A DNA stretch of 64,000 nt from Phoronis australis (Eukaryota; Animalia; Phoronida), in NCBI GenBank assembly GCA_002633005.1, contig NMRA01000406.1, forward strand, positions 303,157 to 367,156, given 5' to 3'. The notes below the pieces were generated by a model, which was not told the DNA's origin, did no database searches, and worked only from the letters and a program-made list of their open reading frames with translations. This document shows positions 1-13,700 of this stretch, one piece after another (the first letter of the stretch is position 1; each line of letters opens with the position of its first letter). Made by a program: the position numbers and the translations under genes.

Positions 1-1154
1 GGGGGGGGGGGGGGGCTATAGCCCTCCAGCTCCCTATGGTGCGCCGCCCATGTCTTCGTAACAAGCTGAGAAGTTGCGGCCAATTCATCTTAATCAAATG
101 AGAGAAAGCAGAAAGTGACAATGGCATTACGAAAGATTACAAGGTGTCTACTTGACGATGACGTTAGCAGATGAGCCTATTGACACTTGCTTATCATAGC
201 ATCAGTTTTATTATAGGTACGCACAAAAAGTAAATGAGATTCCTTTAGTAATTAGAATACGGTCAAGAATAGACGTTTACACGCTAAGCAAAAGGTCGAA
301 AATGACGTCAAGATGACATTAATAAACTAATTTGCCACAGAATTTTCTTGGTCATCAGCAAATTGATTTGCTCCATATTAATAGGAATTGAGTGACCACC
401 GGCGCTTGATATGACGCGATCATGTTCGGAAGGTTTGTCGACACTGCTCACTGCTCGCGGCATTTTGGCACTCTTAATTTTTCTACTTGCTGATGTCTTG
501 GGCATTTTAGGATGACAATCCCTTGGCTGCCTTGCTATATACATGTTAGAGACATATAATGAGTGGCTGAGTCATAACATGGTTTACAAGTTGCAGTTTA
601 GCAAGTGAATATAAAAATGTCTCTTTAAGAGCGTCCTCTACCTTCGGTTACGGTACACCAGCAGCAGTGCCACCAACGGAAGTCCACATAAAATTGGCAG
701 GCAGAGTGTGTCGCCAAACTCTGAAACCGTAGATAGCTCGTCAGGTGATGATAATAATGCCAGAGAACATTGTGACAGCTTTGTTGAAAATGAGATATAA
801 CAAAATAAAAGTGATAAGTTAACAACAAATACAACAACAAACACAACAACAACAACAAGTGCAACAGTCGTCACAGCACATACAGCATCTGTACAGAAAG
901 AATATCTGTTGCAAAGTGTTGAGACAGAATGACAAAAAGTTTATTTGGGTTTTAGGAATACCCAGTCTTTTTGTCTTCAAAAAGATTGCCATAGCACGTG
1001 AAGGTGAAAACGACTGCTAAAATCCATGCCGCCTATTAACACAGGAGGATGCAAATGAACCATGACGGTTTGCAGGATTGTTTACCAGGGAATGACTGAC
1101 ATAAATCATTAAAATGACAATAGACTAAAAACGCGAGATTACGTGAGACTTAAT

Positions 1155-2223
1155 TGTGACGTCACGGGAAGTGGGGCAAAAGCTTGTCGTTTGGCTCATT
1201 TGTCCAATATGTTAACAGAGTGTATTCTGTTATTTTCTTCCACTATTTGGCCTTTTAGTTCGAAAAATGCCAAACAAGTATTGCTGTTATGGCAAATGAA
1301 ATTCAGATTCGCACTACAATACGTTCTATCGCGTTTTGTACTAATTTTGTTTCGTGTATTTTAAGCGGGCGATAGGCGAAATCCGCTCACTGATTAAGTT
1401 TTCACCACGTCAAAAATACATTCTACTAAAATTATCACCTAAAAAGGCGCTTATTTTCTCCAGTGGTCCTTTCTGCTTCTAAACATATCTTTGGTGAAGC
1501 ATAGCTATGGGAATTCAGGTGACTTTGTCGAAGAATTCCAACTCCACATTGTGGTTACTGTTAACTTAAACCGCGCGCGCGATAACCACAAAGTAGTTCA
1601 ACTGGTCATGTGAGTATGAGGCAAAGGCTAGCGCGAGACTGAGTGAAGCTCGAGACGTGGCGCGTGACACTTGCAAAATAACATGAGAACATATCAAGTG
1701 AATTTGTAAGATTTGTGCTCCTTGGTCTTATTGTTCGTGATTTCACGTAACTTCCTCAAGATGGCGCCCTGTGAGAGAAACTTGAGGGAACCGCGAGGTT
1801 TTCATGGATAGATTCAAGTTATTTGTAGACTAAATTGTATCCAGAGTCAGGGTATGTGTTAATTAGTTATAACTCCATGTGCACATATGCATGTTTCATT
1901 TGATTTTATTTGCTGTATTTTGAAGTGAGTAACTTTTTATGGGGATAAACTATCGCCCCTGTATGCCTGCAGTGCGGCATTCAGGCCTAGACCGGGTTGA
2001 GTTCCCGCAGTCCGTTCACAGCTTCGCACAACATAACAAGTTCACATTTTCTTCGTCCATTCACAGTTATTCCACGATCCATCTACCATCTTTTAAGTTG
2101 TGTTTACGTTTTAAGCGTAAAATTCACCATAAGAACTCCAGAAAAATTTAGCGTGTGTAGCAAAGACTCGGGGCCAAACAAGAGCAATATGGCGGGGTTT
2201 GCGCCTTTTCCGGTGACGTCACA
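1155..2223. mobile_element. Non-autonomous element bounded by imperfect inverted repeats; contains copy A of a dispersed repeat
   Basis: Left TGTGACGTCACGGGAAGTGGGGCAAA is the inverse of right TTTGCGCCTTTTCCGGTGACGTCACA. Inner inverted pair GGGCGATAG (1367) / CTATCGCCC (1950). The segment ~1345-1995 is homologous to 37655-38455. Confidence 0.6.
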
Positions 2224-2407
2224 TTGACTAACGAGAAACTCCCAAATGAGCTATTGATTTTTATTCTCCAATAATATATAAGTCAGTTTCGTTGGCGAGG
2301 CGCGGGGCAAACGATCAAAAAGGGGGACATTACCACCAAAAGCGGGACAGTTGGCAGGTAAGTACATATAAATAAATAAACAAATAAATAAACTTATAGA
2401 TATTATA

Positions 2408-2460
2408 TACATACACATATACATACTCACACACACGCGCACACACGCACACACACACAC

Positions 2461-2497
<37 letters not shown>

Positions 2498-2552
2498 CAC
2501 ACAGGCACGCACCCACGCACACGTGTGTGTATGTGTATGTGTATGTGTGTGT
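2408..2552. repeat. Compound (CA)n then (TG)n microsatellite
   Basis: Direct reading: CA/CACG run to ~2522, followed by TG/TATG run. Confidence 0.95.
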
Positions 2553-5487
2553 ATATAATTATATATACAACTTGTGTACGGACCGCTCAAATCAGACGAT
2601 GTATTCCCTAAAATTATCCACATAAGTTGAAAAATCTGAACCAATTTGCTGTGGAACATATAGAAGAGCATGGAATTTCTCGGACGTTTTCGAAGACACC
2701 CTTCCCTCTCCACCTGCTTCCTACGCGTATGTGAAGTAATTTATCCCGGCTGGTGACGGACAACTATAGGGTATTTTGCCGATTTCGTTAAAATTGACAC
2801 GAACGGTCATTCACCTCAGTAACGCTCAGTAATACACGCCCGCATAGCAATAAAACAGTTGGTTACTACTAACAAAATGAGTTTAACGCCGCTCAGAGTT
2901 CTCTTCGATTCTGTTTCAGCCGGTTTTGTAATCAATAATAACTAAAGAAGCCGCGACACGGGTGTTCGATTTCCTTCAGGCTAGCACCGCCGAAAACCAT
3001 GACACTTACATCGTAATTTGCTCCGAGAGTGTGGCCACAAATTATTTGCGTGCACTCTACGCAAAAGCAATGACTGAAGCTCAGATTGGTATACCAATGA
3101 CATAACAGTCTGTATCTCTCGCATAACAAACTTTTCACAACTTATCTTAGTCCAGAAACGAAAATTCGATGACCTGCGACAAGTAGTTTGTCTGTCCCTG
3201 AACACTGACTCTACGAGATCCATTTCTGGGTTGCCTTCTATAACGGTCAACTGATCATTTGAAAACGTAAATATACTTACGTGATAACAATCCGTACATT
3301 GCAGACGGCTTGTTTAACACTAGGGTACTAGTTTAACACCTCAACAATCTGTAGCTCATTCCGTCAACTCCTAACGTGACCGCATGAGTCTGTTTTTATA
3401 CCCATAACAATTATATAAACGACCAGTGACGTAGAACGTGTGTGAGGTTGGATTGTGTTGATATCGGCAGGGTCATGCGTCGTATAGTTGAGTAGACCTC
3501 TCTGTTTTGAAAACTTATCTCAGTCAGTTGTAGACGACACTTCAGTCTAAGTATGTTGACTTGAGAAATAGCCGAGGGGTATTTTTAATGATTTGGAAAC
3601 GAGCCTACCAGTTGTAAACGATGTGTTTTCAGGTTGCAACATCTCTCTGAGTATCATAGGCATACAAATATAGAGAAAAGACAGATAGATGAAAGTTGTC
3701 CTCCTTGTTAGACTGTGTGCCATGATCATAAAACATAGAAAACTAACTTCCATGGTTACTAACACTTAGGTCTATAATGGAAAAAGTAGTCAGCTAACAC
3801 AAAACTAATATAATGTATCAGAGCTCATCATACACCCAATGTACAACAGAGGGCAGCATGTGCCAATGTAAACTGATTGGAGTCTAACACACCTAATTTT
3901 TACATGCTAAAACATGTAATTCGAGCCACTGTCAACCCATAGAAGTATATATTTTCTGAAATAAGGAAGCGAAACAAACTAATGTATTCACATCATTCAC
4001 AATGCTTGACTAAGTGTGTGTGTTGACAAAACTGCCGTCTATTAAAAGGTACACTGACAGTCAAAAAGCCCTTTCATAGTCATCAAACTTTCTGTCTTGA
4101 AACTGTGGCGATGGTTGCCTTCTGTGTACGACATTACGTAAATTACGAAAAAAACTACTTGTGTATTTATTTGCGTAGCTAAATGTCTATGTATATATGT
4201 TTCATTTCCGTTTTGCATTCATTTGTTTCTATAATAACCCATTTCAGTAATATTTACCTACAGTCATGAAATAAAAACCAATTTTGATCAATAATTGCAT
4301 TTGAAAGATATCAACTAATGCCTAAGCTTCAAATAACTGCAAGAAGAAAAGTTCTAATTTTGACGATTTTTAGCAACTAAATCTCTAAATCTGTTCAAAT
4401 TACAAGAATATGAACTTGATTCACAACAAGGCGACATTATCGCTGTTATAGTTGTTATTGTTAATGTTGTTTTTTTGTAAAAATGACATAACCATTTTTA
4501 CGACCTGAAACCGTATTTATGGGTTTGTAGACTTTTGGGGTTATTAGCTTTGACCAGAGCTATAAAACAATAAAGTCCTCTGTGCTTTTTGCGATTTTAT
4601 TGAAAATCGCCAATTTTATGTTTAATATCATCAAGTCGTAGGTTTTAGGAAAGTCCGGTACGCTTTATGCGGTTTATAAACTGAAGTTTAACTCAGAGGG
4701 AGGGGATGATTTCCCATATCTAAGCTTTTGATATGGCATGGAGGACAACGGTACTAGTCAGCCAATGTTTTTGAACTATGTCATCGAGTATATTCACGAG
4801 CAAAATAAATTATTTCATAAAAAGCTATTTATGCAAAACATCTTTATCACACTCTCTTCTTTACTACTCCGTTTTTGATGGTCCATTCCCCTGGTCGGGG
4901 GTCGAGCTACGACGCTAGATGTTGAGAGCCTTTTGTGCCAACATGGCATTATGACTTAAGTGCCTTTGGGAAGCCTGCCTGCAACCCTTCACTGGTCGAG
5001 TCCATTGTGACAATTGATTATTAAATATATGTTAAGAAGTGTGTGTGAACTGTCAATAGAGCAACATTGACGCGTCTAGTTGTCACTACACCAGGGTCAT
5101 CATCAATATCACCGTTACACCGCACTTGGAGGGCTTTGCGACATGTAAGCGAAGGCGAATGCAATTGCCAGGATTTGTGATAAGGGAGAAAGTGAGTATT
5201 TCAGTGTCATCCTACGTAGAATGATAATGATTTATGCTGATTATGCAACGAAAAACACTTCATTATCTGGGCTTACTTATTACGCGATAGTAATAGGCCA
5301 TTAATTTACAGTAGCGGTGGCGGTGGCAGCGGCAACTTTTATGATACCATCTTATTCAACAAGTACTCGAAGTTCATTATCACTATCAGAATTAAGAGAT
5401 TCGTTGGTAACAAGCTTTCGTGCGTCACACAGCATGGATTTGCTGAAAGAGCTTCGTTGCAGTAGCAGTACCAGAAGCAAATAGGAA

Positions 5488-5535
5488 TTGTTGTTGGGGT
5501 GTTGGTGGTGGTGGTTGTAGTGGTGGTGGTGGTGT
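5488..5535. repeat. (GGT/GTT)n trinucleotide microsatellite
   Basis: Direct reading. Confidence 0.85.
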
Positions 5536-7519
5536 TTCTTGAATGGCATTGCCAACTAGATTTTTTGGTCAATCTATTATCACCCATTATTTTTTCTAAT
5601 ATCACTTAATGGGTTCCCAAACCATGTATTCCATGTACGTGAGTATGAAACGGTTGGCTCACAAATAGACACACGTTGTCCCATTTTGAATCGTTTCATA
5701 ACAAAAAATCCTGTGGCCCAAAACATGTTATAATCGACAGGTACCTTGTATTTTCTCGATATCCTGAAGGTCGCCTATCAATTAGGAACCAGAAAAAAAC
5801 GAGACTGACCACACAGCATCAAGTTACTAACTCTTAGGGACAAAAAGCTTGTGACTTGCTAAAAGCCATCTTTCAATTTAGACAACTTACAGTCTTACAT
5901 TGTTCTTTACTCGGGTTACAAATGACTTTTAGTCTTGATAAGAACTATTATTGTTTCAGATCAGGCCTCTTATATTGCTTGTCACGGCTCGTTAGTCAAG
6001 ATCAATCGTCGAATCAGGGAAAATTCAGGGGTCTTAATGCAAAGAACTTCAATTTAAACGAGGGATAAGAAAGCGATGGCGTTGCTTTAAAAGGATAAAT
6101 TAGTATGTGAAAAAGGTTCATTTTTGACACCAAAACATGGTTTGTGGGGTGTCCCAAAATATTAACAAAAATCAAAAACATGAATACAAAAGGCCTTTAT
6201 TGGGAGTTAAAAAATACTGAATGTCATTCGAATTCCAGGAATTCCAAAATGCCCCATTTGACTCTAACTTGTAGAGAAGCGTGACGGATTTTCTTATATT
6301 TTGCACAGCTGTCTCACTTACAGATTTGTATGTTCCACAAAACAAGCATTCAAAATTTCTCAGTCAGCTACGACATGTGTTCAAATCTAACACGGTTTCT
6401 ACTGTAGAAAATGTAGTAGGAATTATTTAACTGTAATTGTCCTCCTTGGCACAGTCAGCTTTGTTGAAACATACTCGGAAGACCTGTCCGTGTAGACTCC
6501 GTTTATTAGCCTAGAGTCGCACACGAAGTCGGGTATACGAACAATCTCAGTATGTTGACAAAAATGCTTTAAAATGACTCTTGTCTTGGCTATTTGTAAT
6601 TATTGTTAACTACTACAGCAAAAATGGGGTTTGATTCTCTTCAAGTAGAAATGCGAGTACTATTTTGTCGATTCCGATTCTACCTTCTCGCTCCTGAGTA
6701 CGAGATGACTCCTAGGTAGCTAGTGACGTCAGATGTCAGTGTGTGTCCAGTGGAGCTTGCTTTAAAGAAAACTTGCTGCCAATACACACCACTTTTAGTG
6801 TGTCCTAATCAGAGTTGCTCTTTGAAAATTCATCGCAAGGTTCTGCTTCGTATTCATCATTTAAGCCTGCATGATACACAAAGCCAAATACTCACTTCCA
6901 TAATTTCAACTCCAGTGAGCCAGCTATTGCATAAAGTGCCAATTCAACGTTTTTCTAAAGTAAATTCGTTCTATGGTGGCCTATTTTACATTTAATATAC
7001 ATGTGGATATCGTTCAATGCAACTGATAGTCAAGGTTAGTTAAGCTACATGTTTTTAAACCACAGAAGTTAATACGTCATTCAACGAGACGTTTCAAACA
7101 GGCGACTGTCATTCACGTACTCAATGGTTTTTACTTGTCCACCAACAAAAGACCTAAACAAGCACACAGTTCATTTAGCCTATCAAAAACTAGGTCATAT
7201 TATTTCCTGTGTTACAATACACCTTGCAAGGTGTACGACAACTACAGGTTGAAGGCTTCGATAGAAGAATGCAGCGCGCAGGTAAGTTCATTCATTTGAG
7301 CTTTCAAATCTTATTGCGCAAGTTTATTCTGCGGAGACTAGCGACATGTAATCATTTTGTTTAGATAACCAAGTCAAAAAACTCCCGAAACGTAACGAGC
7401 AACAGCAAAACCTTTTGTTTCAAAGCCATAAGAATTATTTAACAACACAAAACCAAGGGTTGTTAGCGAAATGAGTGTGGTGGCTGTTAGTTCCAACCTG
7501 CGTGAATAAGGAAACAATG

Positions 7520-7898
7520 TTGACAGTGATGCTGGTGATAGAAAACGTGATCTCCTTGACGACGATGGCAATATTGGTGGTGATGAAGAATATGATGATG
7601 GTAATGCTGACGAGTGGGATGATGATGATGATGATGGAGATGATGATGATGTTGATGATGGAGATGGTCATCATGAAGGTCATGATGATGATGATGATGA
7701 CAATGATGATGATAATGATGATGATGATGGTGATTCGGTGGTGAGGATGATGATCGTGATGATGATAATGGTGGCGATGATGATGATGGTGAAGGTGTTG
7801 GTGATGGTAATGGTGATGGTGATGACGGTGCTGAGGATGGTGATGACGATGGTGATGATGTTGATGACCGTGGCGATGGTGATGATGATCATGACGAA

Positions 7899-7948
<50 letters not shown>

Positions 7949-8025
7949 CGATGATGCCGATTATGACGATGATTATGACGGTGATGGTGGTGATCATGAT
8001 GATGGTGGTGGTGGTGGTAGTGATT
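7520..8025. repeat. ~500-bp compound (GAT)n/(GGT)n/(GAC)n trinucleotide tract
   Basis: Direct reading; near-pure GAT core at ~7899-7947. It generates the poly-His, poly-Met and poly-Ile ORFs in the track. Confidence 0.95.
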
Positions 8026-10107
8026 CCAACAATTAAAGTTCACTCCCATCAGAGATTCCAAGAACCATTCCACATGAAATTATCAACGATGTTTTACCAC
8101 AACCCTCATCCACATCCATTTCCAATCGATTAGGATTCTATACGCGAAATGTACTAATTTCCAGCTCCCAGTGGGTTGCCATAGTAACCGGTTGGTATCA
8201 TTTTCTTCACAAATCAATATAGGCTCCATCACAGAATAACTAATAATATGTGCATCCATTCCTTATCCAACTTGGCGTAATGTATTCCTAGTTTTCTACT
8301 TACAACTTCTCCATAGAGCCAGTTGACCACAATGAGTTCAACACGAGACTGTCATCAATTTGTACGAAGATGAATGATCTTTAGAGACAAACTAAATTAC
8401 TGTTGTCTCTCATAGTTTGTATGCTCCAAATGACATGTAGGTGATTTTTACTACTTTTAAAGCGCTTGCATCAGAAAAAGAAGTATATGATAAAGGAACT
8501 TATTCTCTTAACATAAGTATAAGTAGTACATTACGACTGGTTCTATAGAAATGTGAGCTCAATCAAACCATGCACGCATGACCAGTTTAAAGCCGCTAGC
8601 GACACAATAAGTTTCATAAACGGTCGTGCTTCCTGATTCACAAGGAAAGGTAAAATTTGTTGCTATCACTGACAGAACTGTTAATGAGGTGAAGTAAAAG
8701 CCCTTGAGGTTGGAGACTTTCTACTTTTGACATGTCGTGTCATGTTTAATTAATTGTGTGTTTTTACTTGTGAATTCGTCACACTACTTAAAACGATAAA
8801 TAGTAATCATTGACAAGGCGCATATCTTGCAAATTGTATTTTGGTTTCAATACAGATACCGTCGGGATACGAGTTTAAGCTAATTGACACCGTTAAGCCC
8901 TGTGGATGTCACCAAATACGAAGTGTGTAATATTTCAGTGATTCAAGTTTGTTCGAGGGCACGGGACGCTGTTTTAGAGGAATGAAAAACAGTCCGTAAT
9001 AGAGCACTGTATTAGCGAGAAAGCAATGATCGTGAGAGGAAAAAATAAGTTTGGCAGGAAAGGAATTGTGTTTTCATTGGAAGAGGCCGCATCTTTCCGG
9101 AAAACCTTGGTTGCGGAAGTTCGTCGCGTAGACTTGCAAAACGTTACGCACTAAAGAGATAGAAGCGCGGATTCACTTGGTTTAAGGCAGACAAGCTGAC
9201 ATTTAACAAGACAAAAACAAATATCAAGTGAACTATTGTAGCAGTAAATATTTGAACACGTGACACGCCTTTCTCTGAGCTATCGCCAGCTAAACGACGA
9301 GTACAATATCACGCGAAGTGAAGCTATTGTTTTACTTACAGCGGCTTCATTGACAATAGGCTTAGCCAACTTACTGGGGTCCTGCACGTTGAGAACCAGG
9401 TTGATGCCTGCTATTCATTGGAAAAGAATGTTTCTTAAATGCGGGACCCTTGTAAGTGACTTTTACCCCAAAAATATTTATTTGTCTTCAATTACTGAGA
9501 TTACGTTGCTCCTGCTTCAGCTGCCGCTTACGTCGCCTGTTGTTGATTCTTGGTCCTAACAACATGTTGGCGACGACAAAAACAACGAGGACGACTAAGA
9601 TGATTATGATAGTATCTATGACAAGCACATCTGAAATTAATGTTCTGTGCTAGAAAACTCCTGTTTTTTTAAAGAAACACAACAAAAGTCAACTAAAAGT
9701 CTCTAAGTAGTGCGTTACCATCTCGAATTTTGTCACAAACGATTTTTTGAATTTCTTGCTGTGTTGAACAAAATGGATAGTGTTCTTACAAAAGAATTGT
9801 TGCATTGACTACCTTACAAATTATTAAAGCCACACTTCTCCCTGTTTATCTGGCAAAAACTGAAAATCGAATTGGGTCTTTTTATTTCATCAAATCAGTC
9901 TTATACCGTGTTGGAACTCTATTCCCCAACTGAAGTCACAAACAATGCGTTAACCTAGGCAATTTGAAGCCGGGGTTGGCCAACTCTAATAACTATGAAG
10001 CGTTTTATTGGATTGTTGATGGTTTCGACGGTTGTTAGTAACGGAAATAGAATTCTGTCACGGTAATGAGTGATGGATCAATTTTAAGATAATAAAAGGC
10101 CCATTTA

Positions 10108-10587
10108 CAAGGTACCTTAACTACACGTTTAACGGACTCCCATAAACACGGTTACGGACGCATGAACACGACTCTCGTACCTGCAGACACCGTTCACTGA
10201 CTCACAAACACTGCAACGGACTCACAAAACACGATCCCGTTCACCCAAATACACGGGACACGGACTCACATTCACGAAGAAACACGGTTAACGGACCTCC
10301 AAACACGGTTCACTCCGATAAAGCATGCCATAAACACGGGTCACGAACTCATCGGCTTCCTGGGTCAGCTGACATCTACATTTTGTCCGTAAACCGTGTT
10401 TGCAGTCCGTTAACCGGGTTTCTTCGTGAATGTGAGTCCGTGTCCCGTGTATTTGGGTGAATGGATCGTGTTTTGTGAATCCGTTCCCGTGGTGAGTCAG
10501 TGAACGATGTTTGCAGGTACGTGAGTCGTGTTCATGCGTCCGCGACCGTGTTTATGAGTCCATTAACCATGTAGTTTAGGTACCTTG
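10108..10587. mobile_element. Foldback/MITE-like element with ~200-bp inverted arms
   Basis: CAAGGTACCTTAACTACA...AAACACGGTT (10108-10310) is the reverse complement of AACCGTGTTT...GTAGTTTAGGTACCTTG (10392-10587), with few mismatches; internal AACACGG/ACGGACTC subrepeats. Confidence 0.9.
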
Positions 10588-10785
10588 ACTTAGATAGATA
10601 TTCGCTTTTCAGCCGAAATGCAGCTTTAATTATTTTTTGTCCTCGTTCATTGAATTTCTTGTCATGTAAACGGTATACAGTCCGCCGTTGTCATTATCAT
10701 TACAGTTAGGCCTAACGTATCCATGTTCATTTGGAAATGTGTTTGATACCAGGTGTGATGTTGCAAGCTAAAGTTCACTGACACA

Positions 10786-13700
10786 ATGCCAACTGGTTTC
10801 CGCAAAGTTCCCTCGGAGGAATATCAACACCACAACGAAGTGCACGAACCACTTCACTTCAGCCGAACGTCGAACCACATCAACGCATGTGTCAAGTATT
10901 TACTCTTTTCGTTCAACTTTACATTTTGGGTGAGTCGTACATTTTGTCGCGTCACTGCGCATTCTTTAAACTCTGCTCGCATTCGAGGCTCAATATGGAG
11001 CCTCAACTAAAGAGTTGTGTTTTGGAACAGATGAGATTTCTATGAGTTGTGCACCTTGCTTCAGCGAGGATTCTTGATATTTTTCCAGCGGTACAAACAT
11101 CCTCCAATTGATTTTTTTTGTAGTTTTCCGTAGTTTAGTCTCAACAACCAGTGACTGAAATATAAAAATATGACCATCAGCGACACCAGCAATTACAAAA
11201 ACTCGATTTACTTAACCAATGGTACAAAACTGTGACGTTAGTCTTCACACAGCTAGCTGCCTGCTTATAGTTGTAATCTGCGCTATGCCATTGATGCTCA
11301 TTGCTGTGAGACCGTACTGACAACATGCATTTTGTTTAGTAAAATTGATCATGGTTTCTGCGGCAGTATTTCTTAAAATAAACACATTACATTCACGATA
11401 GTAAGGAGAGTTAAACCTAGTGTGCATGATATTACCTTGTTTTTACCAGTTAAACAGTTATAACATGGTTATATTTCCCACTCTTAATGTTCTTTGAGTT
11501 ATAGCCCCAAGTGGCAACTCTATGTAAATCATTGTTTTGGTTTCTGTTTTGTGATGGAACCCCCTTAGAAAAGTACAAATCGGCCAGTTTACAGCTCTAA
11601 TATTACTCGATATTCAATGCAAACCGAGTGAATTACACATTTTATTGCAGTCGGAAATTCATGCTTTTGATTTCACTCAATTAAAGACATGTATATGATG
11701 CTTTAACGTTAAAGGATTTTTTTTGATTGATTCGCTGTCAATTCTAAAACCATTAATATACCAGTTTCGTATTTTGTTTCGCAATTAAGAGTCACTATTT
11801 TTTTTAGAAAATTTTGATTGTTTTGATTTTCATGTTTCCTTCAACGTTAAGTGGCTAAATTCAAAACTGGAAAGCACGAATTTAATGCCGCTTTAAAGGA
11901 ATACCTGACCGTCGGCAACATTTGTCATTCAACATTTTGTGGGATAGAATTCTAATGAAAGAATAAAAACTACACATATCCAAGCACTGTCATAATAAAA
12001 TCCATGCTTTATGTTTCAGCTAGCTGGAATACTTTTTGCAGCCTTCGGGACATGGGTTCTGATTGAGAAAGATAAGAAAGTTCGCGATGTCTTGGACATT
12101 GTCTTCGACCCTAGCATTCTCATTATAGCGGCCGGGTGTATCATATTTAGCGTGGCTTTCTTTGGATGTTTAGGTGCTCTGAGAGAAAACATATGCCTGC
12201 TCAAAACGGTAAATCTATTTGCTAACTGTCTGCTGTCTTTGCAAGTAACAATGTCGTCTAGTCACTGCAACATGAAAATAATTCTGGATACATATAATTT
12301 CCACGTCTCCTATTGAGCAATACGTTGGTTTAACTGTTCTCTGCATGATGCTTTTGTTGTTGGTAGGCGAATGAAAAATACGACTTTCAAGAATGAAATA
12401 GACAACTGACAACTAGTTGTCAGGTATTATTTTCATTCACATGATAGTGATCACCAAGAAGTTGAAAAATGCACAATATCAGTAGTTGACAATTCGTTTA
12501 TAGCAGATGTGTGAAAAAGTGTGGCCCGTGGTTACCTATATAGGGGTTGATAAAATGTAAACAAAATACTCTGAAATTGAGCTTCTGGGAACTAATTGTG
12601 TGTTTCGTATTTCCTAGAATCCCAAAGTTTCTTTTGCAGGGCACATAAGTTAGGGAGAATACTGCAGTAGCCTCTATTTGCAGACAAACAATAAATAGAC
12701 TTTTGGCTGTGCACACAGCTGAGACTCGGCCTTTTACGCACTGTAAAACAAACTTTGTAATCCCTGGAATAGGAAACGCGATATTACTTCAAAATAAAAC
12801 GAATCTTAGAACTCATATTTTAGAACGTTTCTGTTAAGATTTTGGGAGACCGTCACTGTTTCAGTTTTCCACGGCCTGTGTGATCTGTGACACCCTAGGT
12901 AATAGTCGGATATCAAATGCCCGCATTTGAGAACCAGTTTTCTCCACACTTTTATCACCACGACGTGTGTTTTAGGACACCTATATGTGCTGTTACTGTT
13001 TCAGTTATCTCTCCAAGTCATGTGTGGTCCTGTTTTCTCGCTACGTCGGCCTGTGTTTTCCAGTTTTCTCACCATCGTCCTGTGTGTTTCAGGCTTCTCC
13101 GTCTCCACGTCCTGTGTATTTCAGATTATTCACCACGACCAGCGTGTTCCAGTTTCCTCACTACGTTCTCGTTTTCCAATTACCTACACGTTACTCACCA
13201 CGTCCTGTGTGTTCCACTTTTCTCACTACGTCTTGTATATTTTGTGTGTTTCAGTTCCAAGCGCTGCTCATCATCCTGTTGATACTTGAAGCTCTTCTCG
13301 CAGCTGTACTTTTCGTGTTTTATTACGTACCCCGAGTTCGTCAGTACATCAACTGGTTCCCCGAGAATGATCTTAAGAGAGCCATTGTCAAATATAGAGA
13401 TGATCTCGATTTACGAGACGCCATCGACTCTATACAACGAGGGGTAAGATTTTGTAATTTTAAAATATCACTGTACGTGGGTAAAACTAAGGTTTTGGCG
13501 TCAAAGGTGAGAAATAATTTGCCCTATAAACTCTATAACCGCGGCCACCCAGTTAGAAACGACGAACTGAGTTGTTGCCTAGCCTAGAGATCATTTCTAA
13601 TTGATCAATTTTATGATAGTGAGGTGGATTAAATCAAAACCATGTTTTTGATAGAAAGCACGGGTTTAATGCCGCTTTTAACCTTGGTAATGTCAATAAT

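Noticed and set aside
1-52. G-run plus GGTGCGCCGCCCATG as G-quadruplex or promoter
   Set aside because: Truncated by the window edge and looks like a MITE terminus; cannot be evaluated.
308-890. Minus-strand ORFs with hydrophobic stretches (possible membrane-protein exons)
   Set aside because: Hydrophobicity largely comes from an (AAC)n tract; no recognisable family and no consistent exon chain could be built.
2932-3250. Overlapping minus-strand ORFs of 68-89 aa
   Set aside because: No recognisable motif or coherent splice pattern.
5339-5605. Thr-, His- or Pro-rich ORFs
   Set aside because: Driven by the (GGT)n microsatellite; stops in all frames nearby.
7435-8133. 212-aa poly-His/Ile and poly-Met ORFs
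   Set aside because: By-products of the (GAT)n tract, open in several frames on both strands; no domain or splice support.
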